Source of the DNA: a virus
DNA: 49,704 bases
Virus record (IMG/VR): IMGVR_UViG_3300044463_000016
Reading direction: 5' to 3' (one strand)
In this document: positions 34,520 to 42,425 of the stretch, piece by piece
Layout: each line of letters begins with the position of its first letter
Numbering within the stretch: position 1 is the stretch's first letter
Translations under genes and position numbers: made by a program
The notes under the pieces: generated by a model
What the model saw: the letters and a program-made list of their open reading frames with translations, nothing else
What the model was told of the DNA's origin: nothing
The model's database searches: none

Positions 34520-34551
34520 AAAAAACCCCACTGAGCGCAGCGAGCACTCAG
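34520..34551 (-). terminator. Putative intrinsic terminator
   Basis: The - strand RNA is cugagugc-ucgcu-gcgcucag (8-bp stem including one G-U pair), then ugggg UUUUUU. The stem includes the upstream stop codon. A 110-nt intergenic gap follows. Confidence 0.45.
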
Positions 34552-35171
34552 CGACGTCCATACGGAATACGCCTTACCTGCTTGTATTGGTCTGCTCTAA
34601 CCTGTGACGAAATCAGGCTAGCAATGCTGTCCTCAAACCGATCTTCGGCACCGGCTGCGCCAGCCAGGGCCGCCGCTTTGTAAGCAATGGCGCTGGCCGC
34701 CCCTACGATTGGCACCGTATCCGTGAGAAAGCTGGGTGCAGTTAGCTCCTTTTCATAGGACACTTTCACCGTCACGTCGCGCGTTGCCCCAATGAACATG
34801 ATCTGCGCGCCGCGCCAGTTCCAGAGCCGCAACCGGCTGGTGCGGTCTACATCCGGCAGGAGGTTTTCATCCCTCTCGAGAGGTTGATACTTGCCAGTAG
34901 TTCCGTCGATCTTTTCTTCCAGTTGCCACGGAAGGACAAAATCAGCGTTGAGTGCGGGAGTACTGGTCAAACTCAGGAAAGTCGCATTGGCCGGCACGGT
35001 CAGCTCCTGAATCCCTCGCAGCAGAGGCATTCCGTTCTCCGCGCAACGTCGTTGGCACGCACGAAGCGCCTCGATGATGAAAGGCATCAGGGCACCTTCT
35101 TTCCATTTGAGCCCAAGCGGGTCCTGCAAGAGTCGTTGCGCTAGGTTGAAACTCTCCCTGTAAACCGCCAC
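34548..35171 (-). CDS. Adaptor/neck-type structural protein, paralog A (207 aa)
   Basis: Same length as, and alignable by eye with, the product of 35440-36063 (NLAxxLL, QRRxAxxG, W.W+...+F.G, A.AY..AA.A). Confidence 0.6.
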   Translation of the reverse strand: MAVYRESFNLAQRLLQDPLGLKWKEGALMPFIIEALRACQRRCAENGMPLLRGIQELTVPANATFLSLTSTPALNADFVLPWQLEEKIDGTTGKYQPLERDENLLPDVDRTSRLRLWNWRGAQIMFIGATRDVTVKVSYEKELTAPSFLTDTVPIVGAASAIAYKAAALAGAAGAEDRFEDSIASLISSQVRADQYKQVRRIPYGRR

Positions 35172-35175
35172 GGCC

Positions 35176-35439
35176 TTAGCTCCCGATCACGTTCTCTTCA
35201 ACCAGGATCAGACGCTTCAATCGGCGAATGATGGTGAACGCCGCTTGCTCCTGCTGGATCTTGCTGCTGGTTCGTTTGGTGGCCTTGTAGTCGTCAATAG
35301 CTTCAACCAGCGCATCGACTGAGGCCAGCGCATCGAATTTTCCAATTGTTTGTCCTTCCATCCTAATGCCCCCGTTGCTCGTCCCCTCGTCATACGGCTC
35401 TTCCTGCAGCCACCGATGAAACTCTCGCGTGCCTGACAC
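35176..35439 (-). CDS. Small hypothetical protein (87 aa from GTG 35439, or 61 aa from ATG 35361)
   Basis: The GTG directly abuts the upstream TAG. An internal ATG is preceded by ggggg. Confidence 0.5.
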   Translation of the reverse strand: MSGTREFHRWLQEEPYDEGTSNGGIRMEGQTIGKFDALASVDALVEAIDDYKATKRTSSKIQQEQAAFTIIRRLKRLILVEENVIGS

Positions 35440-36063
35440 CTACGCCCCCGTTGCTCTTCCCATGTCTCGCTCGATGAGCTTCTGAACCATGCCTTCGAAA
35501 ACGGTGTCGAGGTCTGCCGCCAAACCCGAGCCACGGGACCGGGCCGCCGCAGCCGCAGTCCCGTAAGCCAGGGCCCCCATGCAATCAGGGATTGCGAGCG
35601 TGTCCCCGACCGCCGTGAGATCAGCGAGGTACTTCGCGAATTCCATCCGAATTGTCCGGGCGCCGAGGCCTCCGACGAAGTAGAGCGTTTTGTTTTTCCA
35701 CTCCCAATGAACCAGCGCGGTCACGGCCGCGCGCGGGATAAGAGAAGGCCAGGCTTCTTCCATCTCGACATAATCAGCGAACAACACAGAAGCCTGATCC
35801 CGCTCCCACAACTTGCGCGGTTTGATCACGGTCAACGGATAGCCGACCGCGCCATCGGTCACACTGAGCGTTGCGATCGCGACGTTGAAGACCGCGTAGT
35901 CCTTGAGTTGAGCGACGCCCGCAGCCGCAAGCCGTCGCTGAATCTCCCGGTAGATCTCGGGAGACAGCCCCAGCAGGAAGGTATCATTGAACACCTCCGG
36001 AGGAGTTTGTCGCTCCCCCAGGAGTGTCCGCGCTAGATTGTGGGCGTCGGTGAGGATCGCCAT
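35440..36063 (-). CDS. Adaptor/neck-type structural protein, paralog B (207 aa)
   Basis: See paralog A. It lies downstream of the AP2-like insertion. Confidence 0.6.
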   Translation of the reverse strand: MAILTDAHNLARTLLGERQTPPEVFNDTFLLGLSPEIYREIQRRLAAAGVAQLKDYAVFNVAIATLSVTDGAVGYPLTVIKPRKLWERDQASVLFADYVEMEEAWPSLIPRAAVTALVHWEWKNKTLYFVGGLGARTIRMEFAKYLADLTAVGDTLAIPDCMGALAYGTAAAAARSRGSGLAADLDTVFEGMVQKLIERDMGRATGA

Positions 36064-36095
36064 GTGTTGACCTTCTTAGTCCCACTGCCGGTCGT

Positions 36096-36905
36096 TCAAT
36101 TGCTTAACCCGATCTCAAAATTAGCAGGGTCTTCAGATGCCGCATCATCTGGGTCCGGAAAAGGATGGCGTTCAGCTAGATAATTTAGATCCAATTTTAT
36201 CGGGGCCGGACCATCATAAAAGTCGGATTCAGTACCGCTCCCTGCAATATCGAGTCGCAAATGTTTGTGGCGGCTGCGGTCAAATTTCCTGGACCGGTAT
36301 GCCCTCACCCATCCACAGACAAGCTTATTCAGGTTGTACTCGTTTTGGCTGGTGGAAATCTCCAACAGGATTTCTCCAACGATCTCGCTTTCTTCGAGGC
36401 TTGATAGATCGGATGTCCGAGCACTCACCATGCTCCGCAACTTCTGCTCCAATTCGATGGTGATATCTCGCTTGAAGCCATGGCTTTGGAATTTTGCCGT
36501 GCGCCAGCCGCCATGATTTGGTGTAACAAAATTCTGGCGACCAGTCTGCACTTTCCAGCATGTTACTTTGCCAAGTCCGAGCGAGTGAGCTTTAGCCGAT
36601 GCCTTCTCACCTGTCCCTACAAAGACCGGTCGCTTGCCATGCAATTCCTGAAGATGACGGCTTTCACTGGATGTTCGCTTTCGTCGGTTTAAGAATTTTC
36701 TTCCAGAACAGAGACTTATAGAAGCATCTCGGAAGGCAATCGCTGCCGCGAAGGACTGAGTCATCCCTCCATACTTGCCATCCGAGAAGCATTTTTGAAT
36801 GGCAGGTTTGCGTGACTGATACCCTAATCGCACCAACCAGCAGTGAGTGCTCTTTTGGCCAATCCTGCTGATTCCAGTGAGATCTTTACACTCACGTCTT
36901 TTCAT
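36096..36905 (-). CDS. Putative DNA-binding protein with AP2-like domain(s)
   Basis: ORF 36096-37166 trimmed to ATG 36905, 7 nt after aaggag. GISRIGQKSTHCWLVRLGYQ..K.FSDGKYGG...AAAIAFRDA resembles AP2/integrase-type DNA-binding domains found in homing endonucleases. There is a second weaker copy (KVTCWKVQTG). The gene looks AT-richer than its neighbours by eye. Confidence 0.4.
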   Translation of the reverse strand: MKRRECKDLTGISRIGQKSTHCWLVRLGYQSRKPAIQKCFSDGKYGGMTQSFAAAIAFRDASISLCSGRKFLNRRKRTSSESRHLQELHGKRPVFVGTGEKASAKAHSLGLGKVTCWKVQTGRQNFVTPNHGGWRTAKFQSHGFKRDITIELEQKLRSMVSARTSDLSSLEESEIVGEILLEISTSQNEYNLNKLVCGWVRAYRSRKFDRSRHKHLRLDIAGSGTESDFYDGPAPIKLDLNYLAERHPFPDPDDAASEDPANFEIGLSN

Positions 36906-36909
36906 TTCA

Positions 36910-37608
36910 CTACTCCTTGGGCTTCGGTTGAAACTTCCCGCCAGCTCCGCGCACCGGACCGGCGCCGACAAGCTCCTCGTCTCCTGGCAAAAGTCCCAGT
37001 TGACGCGCGCGCTTGACGTCCATGATGAAAGCGCAATTCCAGCAGGAAGCCGGGTCGAGGATCTTTGCTTCGCTGCCACAGTTGGGGCACACGGGCGGGT
37101 GAACCTTGACGAGCGTGTCATCCGGGCGTTGGTACACCCAGTCTCGTTTCTCTTCGAGCTGCACAACGGCCCAGCGGTTCAGGTCGGAGATGTCTTTCCG
37201 GGTTTCGACCCGCGAAAACTTGATGTCGCCTTCCCCGATCAGCGTCCGGGCTTTGCGGAGCAGAATCGCCTGAGCGATCCGCAACTCCTCTTTCGTGGGC
37301 GCATCTGCGTCCGCGACAAAAACTCCGTAGCCTGTAAGCTGGTCGCTGGCGACGATGTCGTCGGCGATCGCGTACGCGTCGATCGTTTGCGGGAGTTTTC
37401 GGTTGTCGCCAATGTCCATTTTCTGCGACGCCTCGCCTACCACCAGCGAGCCGTAGGTTTCTGAAAACTTCGGATCGGTGATCAGGAGCCCGTTGTCAGG
37501 CCGTGGGGGAATCGGGTAATTCTGATAAGGGCGTACCACTGGGAAAGGGGTATGCCACAGCGATACGATAGTCGCCTTCATGACGAGTTGCCGGGGGGTG
37601 GGTCTCAT
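36910..37608 (-). CDS. Hypothetical structural-module protein with zinc ribbon (232 aa)
   Basis: CPNCGSEAKILDPASCWNC near the C-terminus. An alternative start is ATG 37581. Confidence 0.6.
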   Translation of the reverse strand: MRPTPRQLVMKATIVSLWHTPFPVVRPYQNYPIPPRPDNGLLITDPKFSETYGSLVVGEASQKMDIGDNRKLPQTIDAYAIADDIVASDQLTGYGVFVADADAPTKEELRIAQAILLRKARTLIGEGDIKFSRVETRKDISDLNRWAVVQLEEKRDWVYQRPDDTLVKVHPPVCPNCGSEAKILDPASCWNCAFIMDVKRARQLGLLPGDEELVGAGPVRGAGGKFQPKPKE

Positions 37609-37634
37609 TGAAATAACTCTCCTTGCCTGAAATC

Positions 37635-38441
37635 TCAGGCGACTGACATGCCCCGCGGGGCACGACTTGGGAATGGGCTCACGTTGCCAGCCATCTTCTC
37701 GGTGTGGTGCATCGGCGCGTTTGCCTGGGTGCTGTTGGGATTGCCGCCGAACGCGACCGCCGCGTCGTCGTACAAATCTTTCAACTCTTTGTGGAAAGCC
37801 TCCTCCTTCCTGGCCTCCTCTTCTTCGAGGAACTGCTTGCGCTTGCAGCTCTCGATCTCGCGCGAGCGCTCGGCAACGGCGACGATCATCGAGACAGCGT
37901 CGTCGGTGAGCTGGATGAAGTCTTGTGCTATGCCGGACTTGCGGGTGGCCGCCGTGTCTGGCTCCTGGAGGATGAAACTAAGCTCGTAGTCGCCGCGCGA
38001 TGGGTAAGGTCCAAGGGCCTGTGTGTTGCGGGCTCCCTCAACTTCCTGCGTTTGCTCTTCCCACATTTTCGGGGTGCCGTACATTTCGGGTGGTATCCAC
38101 TTCTCGACAATCCAGCGATTGAGCTGATTGACGCCCAGGTAGGAATATTTGGGCTCGCGCCAGAGCCCGTATCGCTCACACCGCCAGTTTCCTTTTTCGT
38201 CGTAGAGATCCTGCAGCCCGGCGATCCAGTCGAGGCGGCTCCATCCCCACACGATGCGATAGAGCGGCTCAGCAAAGGGATTGAGCCCAACCTTGCGGTT
38301 GATGGTTTTCTGAAAGCGAGGCTCGGCTAGGCGCGTGTACTCGACGAGCACCTCGGCCCGCATCGGCTTCCGCGGTGCCTCGTATTTCTCGCCGCTTGGC
38401 AGATAGATCCCGTCATTCTGAAGAATTAAGAGCTTGCCCAT
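37635..38441 (-). CDS. Hypothetical head/neck-module protein (268 aa)
   Basis: ORF trimmed to ATG 38441, so it no longer overlaps the upstream gene. Trp-rich core with an acidic coiled C-terminal part. Confidence 0.6.
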   Translation of the reverse strand: MGKLLILQNDGIYLPSGEKYEAPRKPMRAEVLVEYTRLAEPRFQKTINRKVGLNPFAEPLYRIVWGWSRLDWIAGLQDLYDEKGNWRCERYGLWREPKYSYLGVNQLNRWIVEKWIPPEMYGTPKMWEEQTQEVEGARNTQALGPYPSRGDYELSFILQEPDTAATRKSGIAQDFIQLTDDAVSMIVAVAERSREIESCKRKQFLEEEEARKEEAFHKELKDLYDDAAVAFGGNPNSTQANAPMHHTEKMAGNVSPFPSRAPRGMSVA

Positions 38442-38454
38442 TTTACGAAATGCC

Positions 38455-39123
38455 TCAGAGGATTCCTCGCAGAACAAAGCGGGAATTTTCAACAAAGTTT
38501 CCAGCTCCAGGAAACAGGTCAATTTGAGATATTGGAGCGCTTGAGGTCCTCCAAGTTCCGCCAGAATTCAGATAAACAAAACCTGTCGCTGCAGCATCGA
38601 GAGAATGAATCCTGCCGAGAGCGCCCTTGTCCTGCGTTGCTGTTGAGTAGAAGGGCATCACAATATCTCCGGTTGACATAGAACCAGCAGGGGCACCGCT
38701 GGGATTTAGACGACCAATTTGCATTGAGGTTTGGCCAACGCCAGCCCCAACAAAGTTGATCGCCGCATCGGTCGCCTGCACGATTTCGTAATCGTAATTT
38801 GCTCCTGAGTCTCCATTGAACCGCATGAGCAAGCCTTGCGCTGCAGCGTTGTCACAACGCGCAACGTAACGAATCTCCAGATCGCGCCAGGTTGCTGGGA
38901 TGGCGAGAAAACTCACTGAAGACGCGCCAGCCACTCCGACGATCTGTTCCTCAATGACTTCCACGCCATTAGCCCCGCCAACGACAACAAACCCAACGTC
39001 AGAGGCATTTCTGAGCTTTATCTCGCCCGTGGTTGGGTTGATCCAAAGCTCCGACTCGTCGATGTCTGGAGGCTCCGAGTCCCTAATAATCGCCTTTAAC
39101 CAAATGGCTGGCGATGGGGGCAT
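38455..39123 (-). CDS. Virion protein downstream of the capsid gene (head fibre/decoration-like)
   Basis: ORF trimmed to ATG 39123, after gaaaggag. The ELWINPTTGEIKLRN motif is common at N-termini of phage fibre-like proteins (from memory). Confidence 0.55.
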   Translation of the reverse strand: MPPSPAIWLKAIIRDSEPPDIDESELWINPTTGEIKLRNASDVGFVVVGGANGVEVIEEQIVGVAGASSVSFLAIPATWRDLEIRYVARCDNAAAQGLLMRFNGDSGANYDYEIVQATDAAINFVGAGVGQTSMQIGRLNPSGAPAGSMSTGDIVMPFYSTATQDKGALGRIHSLDAAATGFVYLNSGGTWRTSSAPISQIDLFPGAGNFVENSRFVLRGIL

Positions 39124-39227
39124 GTCGAATCTCCTTTCCAGCACCGAGCGGGTCGGCGTTGTCCACACCGCCCGCTCTTGCTAGGCGCCACCGCTGGAGG
39201 AATGGAGCGGTGAACGACTACCCGGCT

Positions 39228-40508
39228 TTAGACGTAGCCGGCCGGCTTCTGCAGGTTTTGGATGAACGAGCCGCTGCGAGGCGAGTCGTTCCAAATCTGG
39301 AAACCAGTGATGAAATAGAACAGGTAGGCCGCTGCCAGCCCACCGCTCGCACCGTACACCGGGAAAATGGTGTCGTTGCCGATCTCGAAATAATCGATGT
39401 CCTGCATGACCGCTCGGCCCCAGTGGGACATATCGAGAAAGTCGATCCGAGTCGGGTCCGCGTTGACCGAGAGGGTCATCGGGATTCCCGCCATCGTTTT
39501 CTTTCCCTCGAAGAGCAGCTCGAGCCCGCCTTCGAGACGGCCGGGAGTCGTCACTTGCGTGATGTTGACTCCGAGCTGTTCGTAGGCGTGCTCCTGTTCG
39601 AGATTGGTGTAGGCGAGCAGCTTGCCCACGCCATTGATACCGAGCGCCTTTTTTATCTTGTTCAATGCCAGGCGAACCATTCCGACCGTCAGGCCGGCCC
39701 CGCCAGCATTAAACGTGGGAGTGCGGATCTCCGGGAAGTTGGCGCGGTTCAGATTGAGCCAGGTGCCTGTTGCGGCCGAGCTCTGGTGATACTTCAATCC
39801 GAACATCGACGTAGGGGTCGCGCCGGCGACGCCATCCGGGAGAATCACGTCAGTGACAACGATATTCGCCAGGGTGATGCTTCCCTCGTTCCCGCCCGTG
39901 GCGAGGGTCAACGTCTGCGCGTCGTAGTCGATCGCGGTGATCGTTGCCGTTCCCCGGTTGGTCGCCAGAGTCGTGTCATAAACACTGATCTTCTGGTTGA
40001 AGTACAAGAGTTGAACCCCGTGCGGGTTGGTCGTATTCATGGCTGTGATGTTGGCCCCGCCTCCCGCAACCGCGGTGATGGTCGCCAGAATTCCGTTTCC
40101 GGAGGTCTGGCACAGCTTATCAAGCGCCGCCCTGAACTGGGCCATTCCCTCGATGACTTCCTTTTTTGCCGCATTCGCGACGGCCTTTTCGGAGCTGTTG
40201 GTCGCGTACTCGACCAACTTCGTGATCTCGATTCCGAACCGGAAGAAGATCGGCGTCACAGTCGCCACTTCGTAGGTCGTACCCGACCCACGGCCGAGGT
40301 CGCCGGCATCCATGTCGGCTTGCCCGAACTTTCCACCCGGACGTAGTTTCAAGGGGATCCGCATGTTGCGAGTCGAAACCCGCTCCACGTCCCCGCGGCT
40401 CTTGATCTGCGCGAAAAGAACGTCGTCCCGCTCGTACATGATCGGGAGCTTCCGACGAACCTTTTCGAGCTGAACCGCAACGGTTTGCGTGTTCGTCATT
40501 GCTGCCAT
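39228..40508 (-). CDS. Major capsid protein (HK97-fold presumed)
   Basis: 426 aa, immediately after the scaffold gene, with aggaga SD. The call is from size and synteny only. Confidence 0.7.
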   Translation of the reverse strand: MAAMTNTQTVAVQLEKVRRKLPIMYERDDVLFAQIKSRGDVERVSTRNMRIPLKLRPGGKFGQADMDAGDLGRGSGTTYEVATVTPIFFRFGIEITKLVEYATNSSEKAVANAAKKEVIEGMAQFRAALDKLCQTSGNGILATITAVAGGGANITAMNTTNPHGVQLLYFNQKISVYDTTLATNRGTATITAIDYDAQTLTLATGGNEGSITLANIVVTDVILPDGVAGATPTSMFGLKYHQSSAATGTWLNLNRANFPEIRTPTFNAGGAGLTVGMVRLALNKIKKALGINGVGKLLAYTNLEQEHAYEQLGVNITQVTTPGRLEGGLELLFEGKKTMAGIPMTLSVNADPTRIDFLDMSHWGRAVMQDIDYFEIGNDTIFPVYGASGGLAAAYLFYFITGFQIWNDSPRSGSFIQNLQKPAGYV

Positions 40509-40540
40509 TGCTGTCGTCTCCTGCTGCGCCGGGTGTGGCT

Positions 40541-41998
40541 TTAACGCTTCAACGTGATGCGGTCGTTGAGTAAGTCCTCGTCCGAGGTTCTCGAATAATC
40601 GACCTGATCTGGTGTAATCGGGCTTCCACGCTCACCGAGCCGCGGGCCCCCGCCGTTGCCGATGTCTCTGCGCTCGGCCGCCTGGCGCTGCTTGTCAATT
40701 TTCTGTTCGTGGTTTGCGAGGATTTCCCGCGTGTAGTGCGGGACTACCTTCGCGGCGATGCTGCGGATCAGTAGATTGGCTTGTTGCAGGATAGGAGCAG
40801 CCGATCGCTCGAGGTGCTCCTGGCCGAAGTCGCCACCCTTGGCCTTGATCATGTCAAGGACAGCAGCACTTACCCGCTTGTTGTCCCGGATCTCGGCCGT
40901 TACTCCGTCCTTGATCTCCCCAACGATCTTGGCGCGCGCGGCTTTCGTGACCGCACTGCCCTCCACGTCGAGGATTGCCGTGATGACCTGGCTGACCGCT
41001 TTGTCGATGGTCGAATCGGCGTGCTTCAGGACGTCGTCCAGAAAGGCGTTATAGGTGCCTTCGGACTTGGCGCTTCGTTCCTGCTTGAGCTCGGTTTTGA
41101 GCTTGGAGATTTCCTTTTCCTTCGGGTCGGGGGCCTCCGTCATCAACTCGCGGACGTTCTTGCCACCGAACAGATTCATGGCAATCACATTCGCCGCGGC
41201 GATGAGGTTGTCGGGGTTGAGTCCGCTCCCTCTGACGATCTCGGCCGTATGGTCGAGACAGTAGGCGAGCGTGTCAGCCAGGACGGTCTTGCCGATCCGG
41301 GAATACACGTCTGGATGGAGGTCGGGGAGCTTGTCGAAAACCGCTTCCGCGATCGCAACAAATTCCTCGGCGCCCTCCTCGTGGAGTTTTTCGACGAAGC
41401 CGGCAGGATTGCTCTCGTAAGCTTCCTGCAGCTCCCTGAAACCCTCGTAGGCTTCCGAAACGTGGCGGGCCTCCTGGGCGCTCGGGAAAAGCTCAGCGAG
41501 CTCCTTCGCGTCCTTGAAGTCCGGGAAAATTTCCTTGTAGGCTGCAGCCTGGTAGAACGCCGTCTTTAGCTCTTTGCCGACTTTCGCGTCGTCGAAGTGG
41601 GCTTTGAGCTCCTCTGAGACTTTCAGCGGAGTGAGGGGCTCCGGTGGCTTCTCATCGGCTTTCGCCTTTTCTTGGTTGGCCGCTTTTTCCTCATCGGTGA
41701 GCTCGTCGTCGGCTTTTGCCTCTGGCTTAACCGGCTGGTCGTCTCCTTCCTCGAGGATGCGGTTTTCATCGTCAACCGTGACCGTTCGCGGGCCTTTGTC
41801 CGCCTGCTTGGTCTCTGCAGCCTTGTTGAGCGGTTGACCGTCTTTGTCGATCGGGCCGAGATCTCCGAGCTCGGGCGCGTCGCCATCGACCCCAAGGATG
41901 TCCTCATCGCTCCTGGTCGAGTAGTCGGGCTTCTCAAGGGTGGCTGAGCGCCCGCCAGACATCTTGATTCCTTCGGCTCCTTCGTACTGGTTTGCCAT
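40541..41998 (-). CDS. Scaffolding protein
   Basis: 485 aa, highly acidic/helical (E/K/A/D-rich), located between portal and capsid. Confidence 0.7.
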   Translation of the reverse strand: MANQYEGAEGIKMSGGRSATLEKPDYSTRSDEDILGVDGDAPELGDLGPIDKDGQPLNKAAETKQADKGPRTVTVDDENRILEEGDDQPVKPEAKADDELTDEEKAANQEKAKADEKPPEPLTPLKVSEELKAHFDDAKVGKELKTAFYQAAAYKEIFPDFKDAKELAELFPSAQEARHVSEAYEGFRELQEAYESNPAGFVEKLHEEGAEEFVAIAEAVFDKLPDLHPDVYSRIGKTVLADTLAYCLDHTAEIVRGSGLNPDNLIAAANVIAMNLFGGKNVRELMTEAPDPKEKEISKLKTELKQERSAKSEGTYNAFLDDVLKHADSTIDKAVSQVITAILDVEGSAVTKAARAKIVGEIKDGVTAEIRDNKRVSAAVLDMIKAKGGDFGQEHLERSAAPILQQANLLIRSIAAKVVPHYTREILANHEQKIDKQRQAAERRDIGNGGGPRLGERGSPITPDQVDYSRTSDEDLLNDRITLKR

Positions 41999-42079
41999 TC
42001 GAGAACCTCATTCGCCGCGGTACAATTTTTTGGGCGGGACTTTGAAACCCGCGCGGCAGTTGGCCAATTGGGGTTGCCC

Positions 42080-42119
42080 AAAAGAAAAAGGGCCGTCTCG
42101 TCGTGACACGAAACGACCC
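42080..42119 (-). terminator. Rho-independent terminator
   Basis: The - strand RNA is gggucguuucg-ugucacga-cgagacggccc (11-bp stem including two G-U pairs), followed directly by UUUUUCUUUU. Confidence 0.7.
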
Positions 42120-42203
42120 TTCTTCACTGCTTGGGCTCAGCCACTTCCTCTCGCCTGGCCGGGCTAGAGGCGACTGAAAACTTTGTGAGCTACCGACTTA
42201 CTT

Positions 42204-42425
42204 TCACACCTCGTTGACTGCTATCGACGTATTTGCCCACATCTTGGCGGTTTGAACACCCCGGATCGCGAGCGTTCTTTCCGCCGACTCCGGGCAGTTG
42301 GCAAGGATCGCGTTGGCGAGCTCCTTAGCCTTGTCGTTGATGTGCTGATACCGATCGGCTTGGTCGCCCTTCGGCTTGTGGTACTCGAAGGCGTTTTTGA
42401 TATAGGCAGCGTCCACGGTTTTCAT
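42204..42425 (-). CDS. Small helical-hairpin protein, Acb2/Tad1-hairpin-like (candidate signal-nucleotide sponge)
   Basis: 73 aa. FEYHKP..DQADRYQHINDKAKELANAILANCPESAERTLAIRGVQTAKMWANTSIA fits the remembered family pattern F.YH.P...Q..RY...R..A.ELA..I....P.sRE.sLA...LEEA.MWAN.aIA. ATGA-coupled to the portal gene. Confidence 0.45.
   Translation of the reverse strand: MKTVDAAYIKNAFEYHKPKGDQADRYQHINDKAKELANAILANCPESAERTLAIRGVQTAKMWANTSIAVNEV

Noticed and set aside
36906-37166. N-terminal 87 codons of ORF 36096-37166
   Set aside because: This stretch overlaps the 3' end of the 232-aa gene in another frame. The internal ATG 36905 has a perfect SD right after that gene's stop.
39188-39212. 7-bp hairpin (caccgct/agcggtg) just downstream of the capsid gene as a terminator
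   Set aside because: The stem is short, the loop is 10 nt and there is no U-run. At most it is an RNA-stability element.
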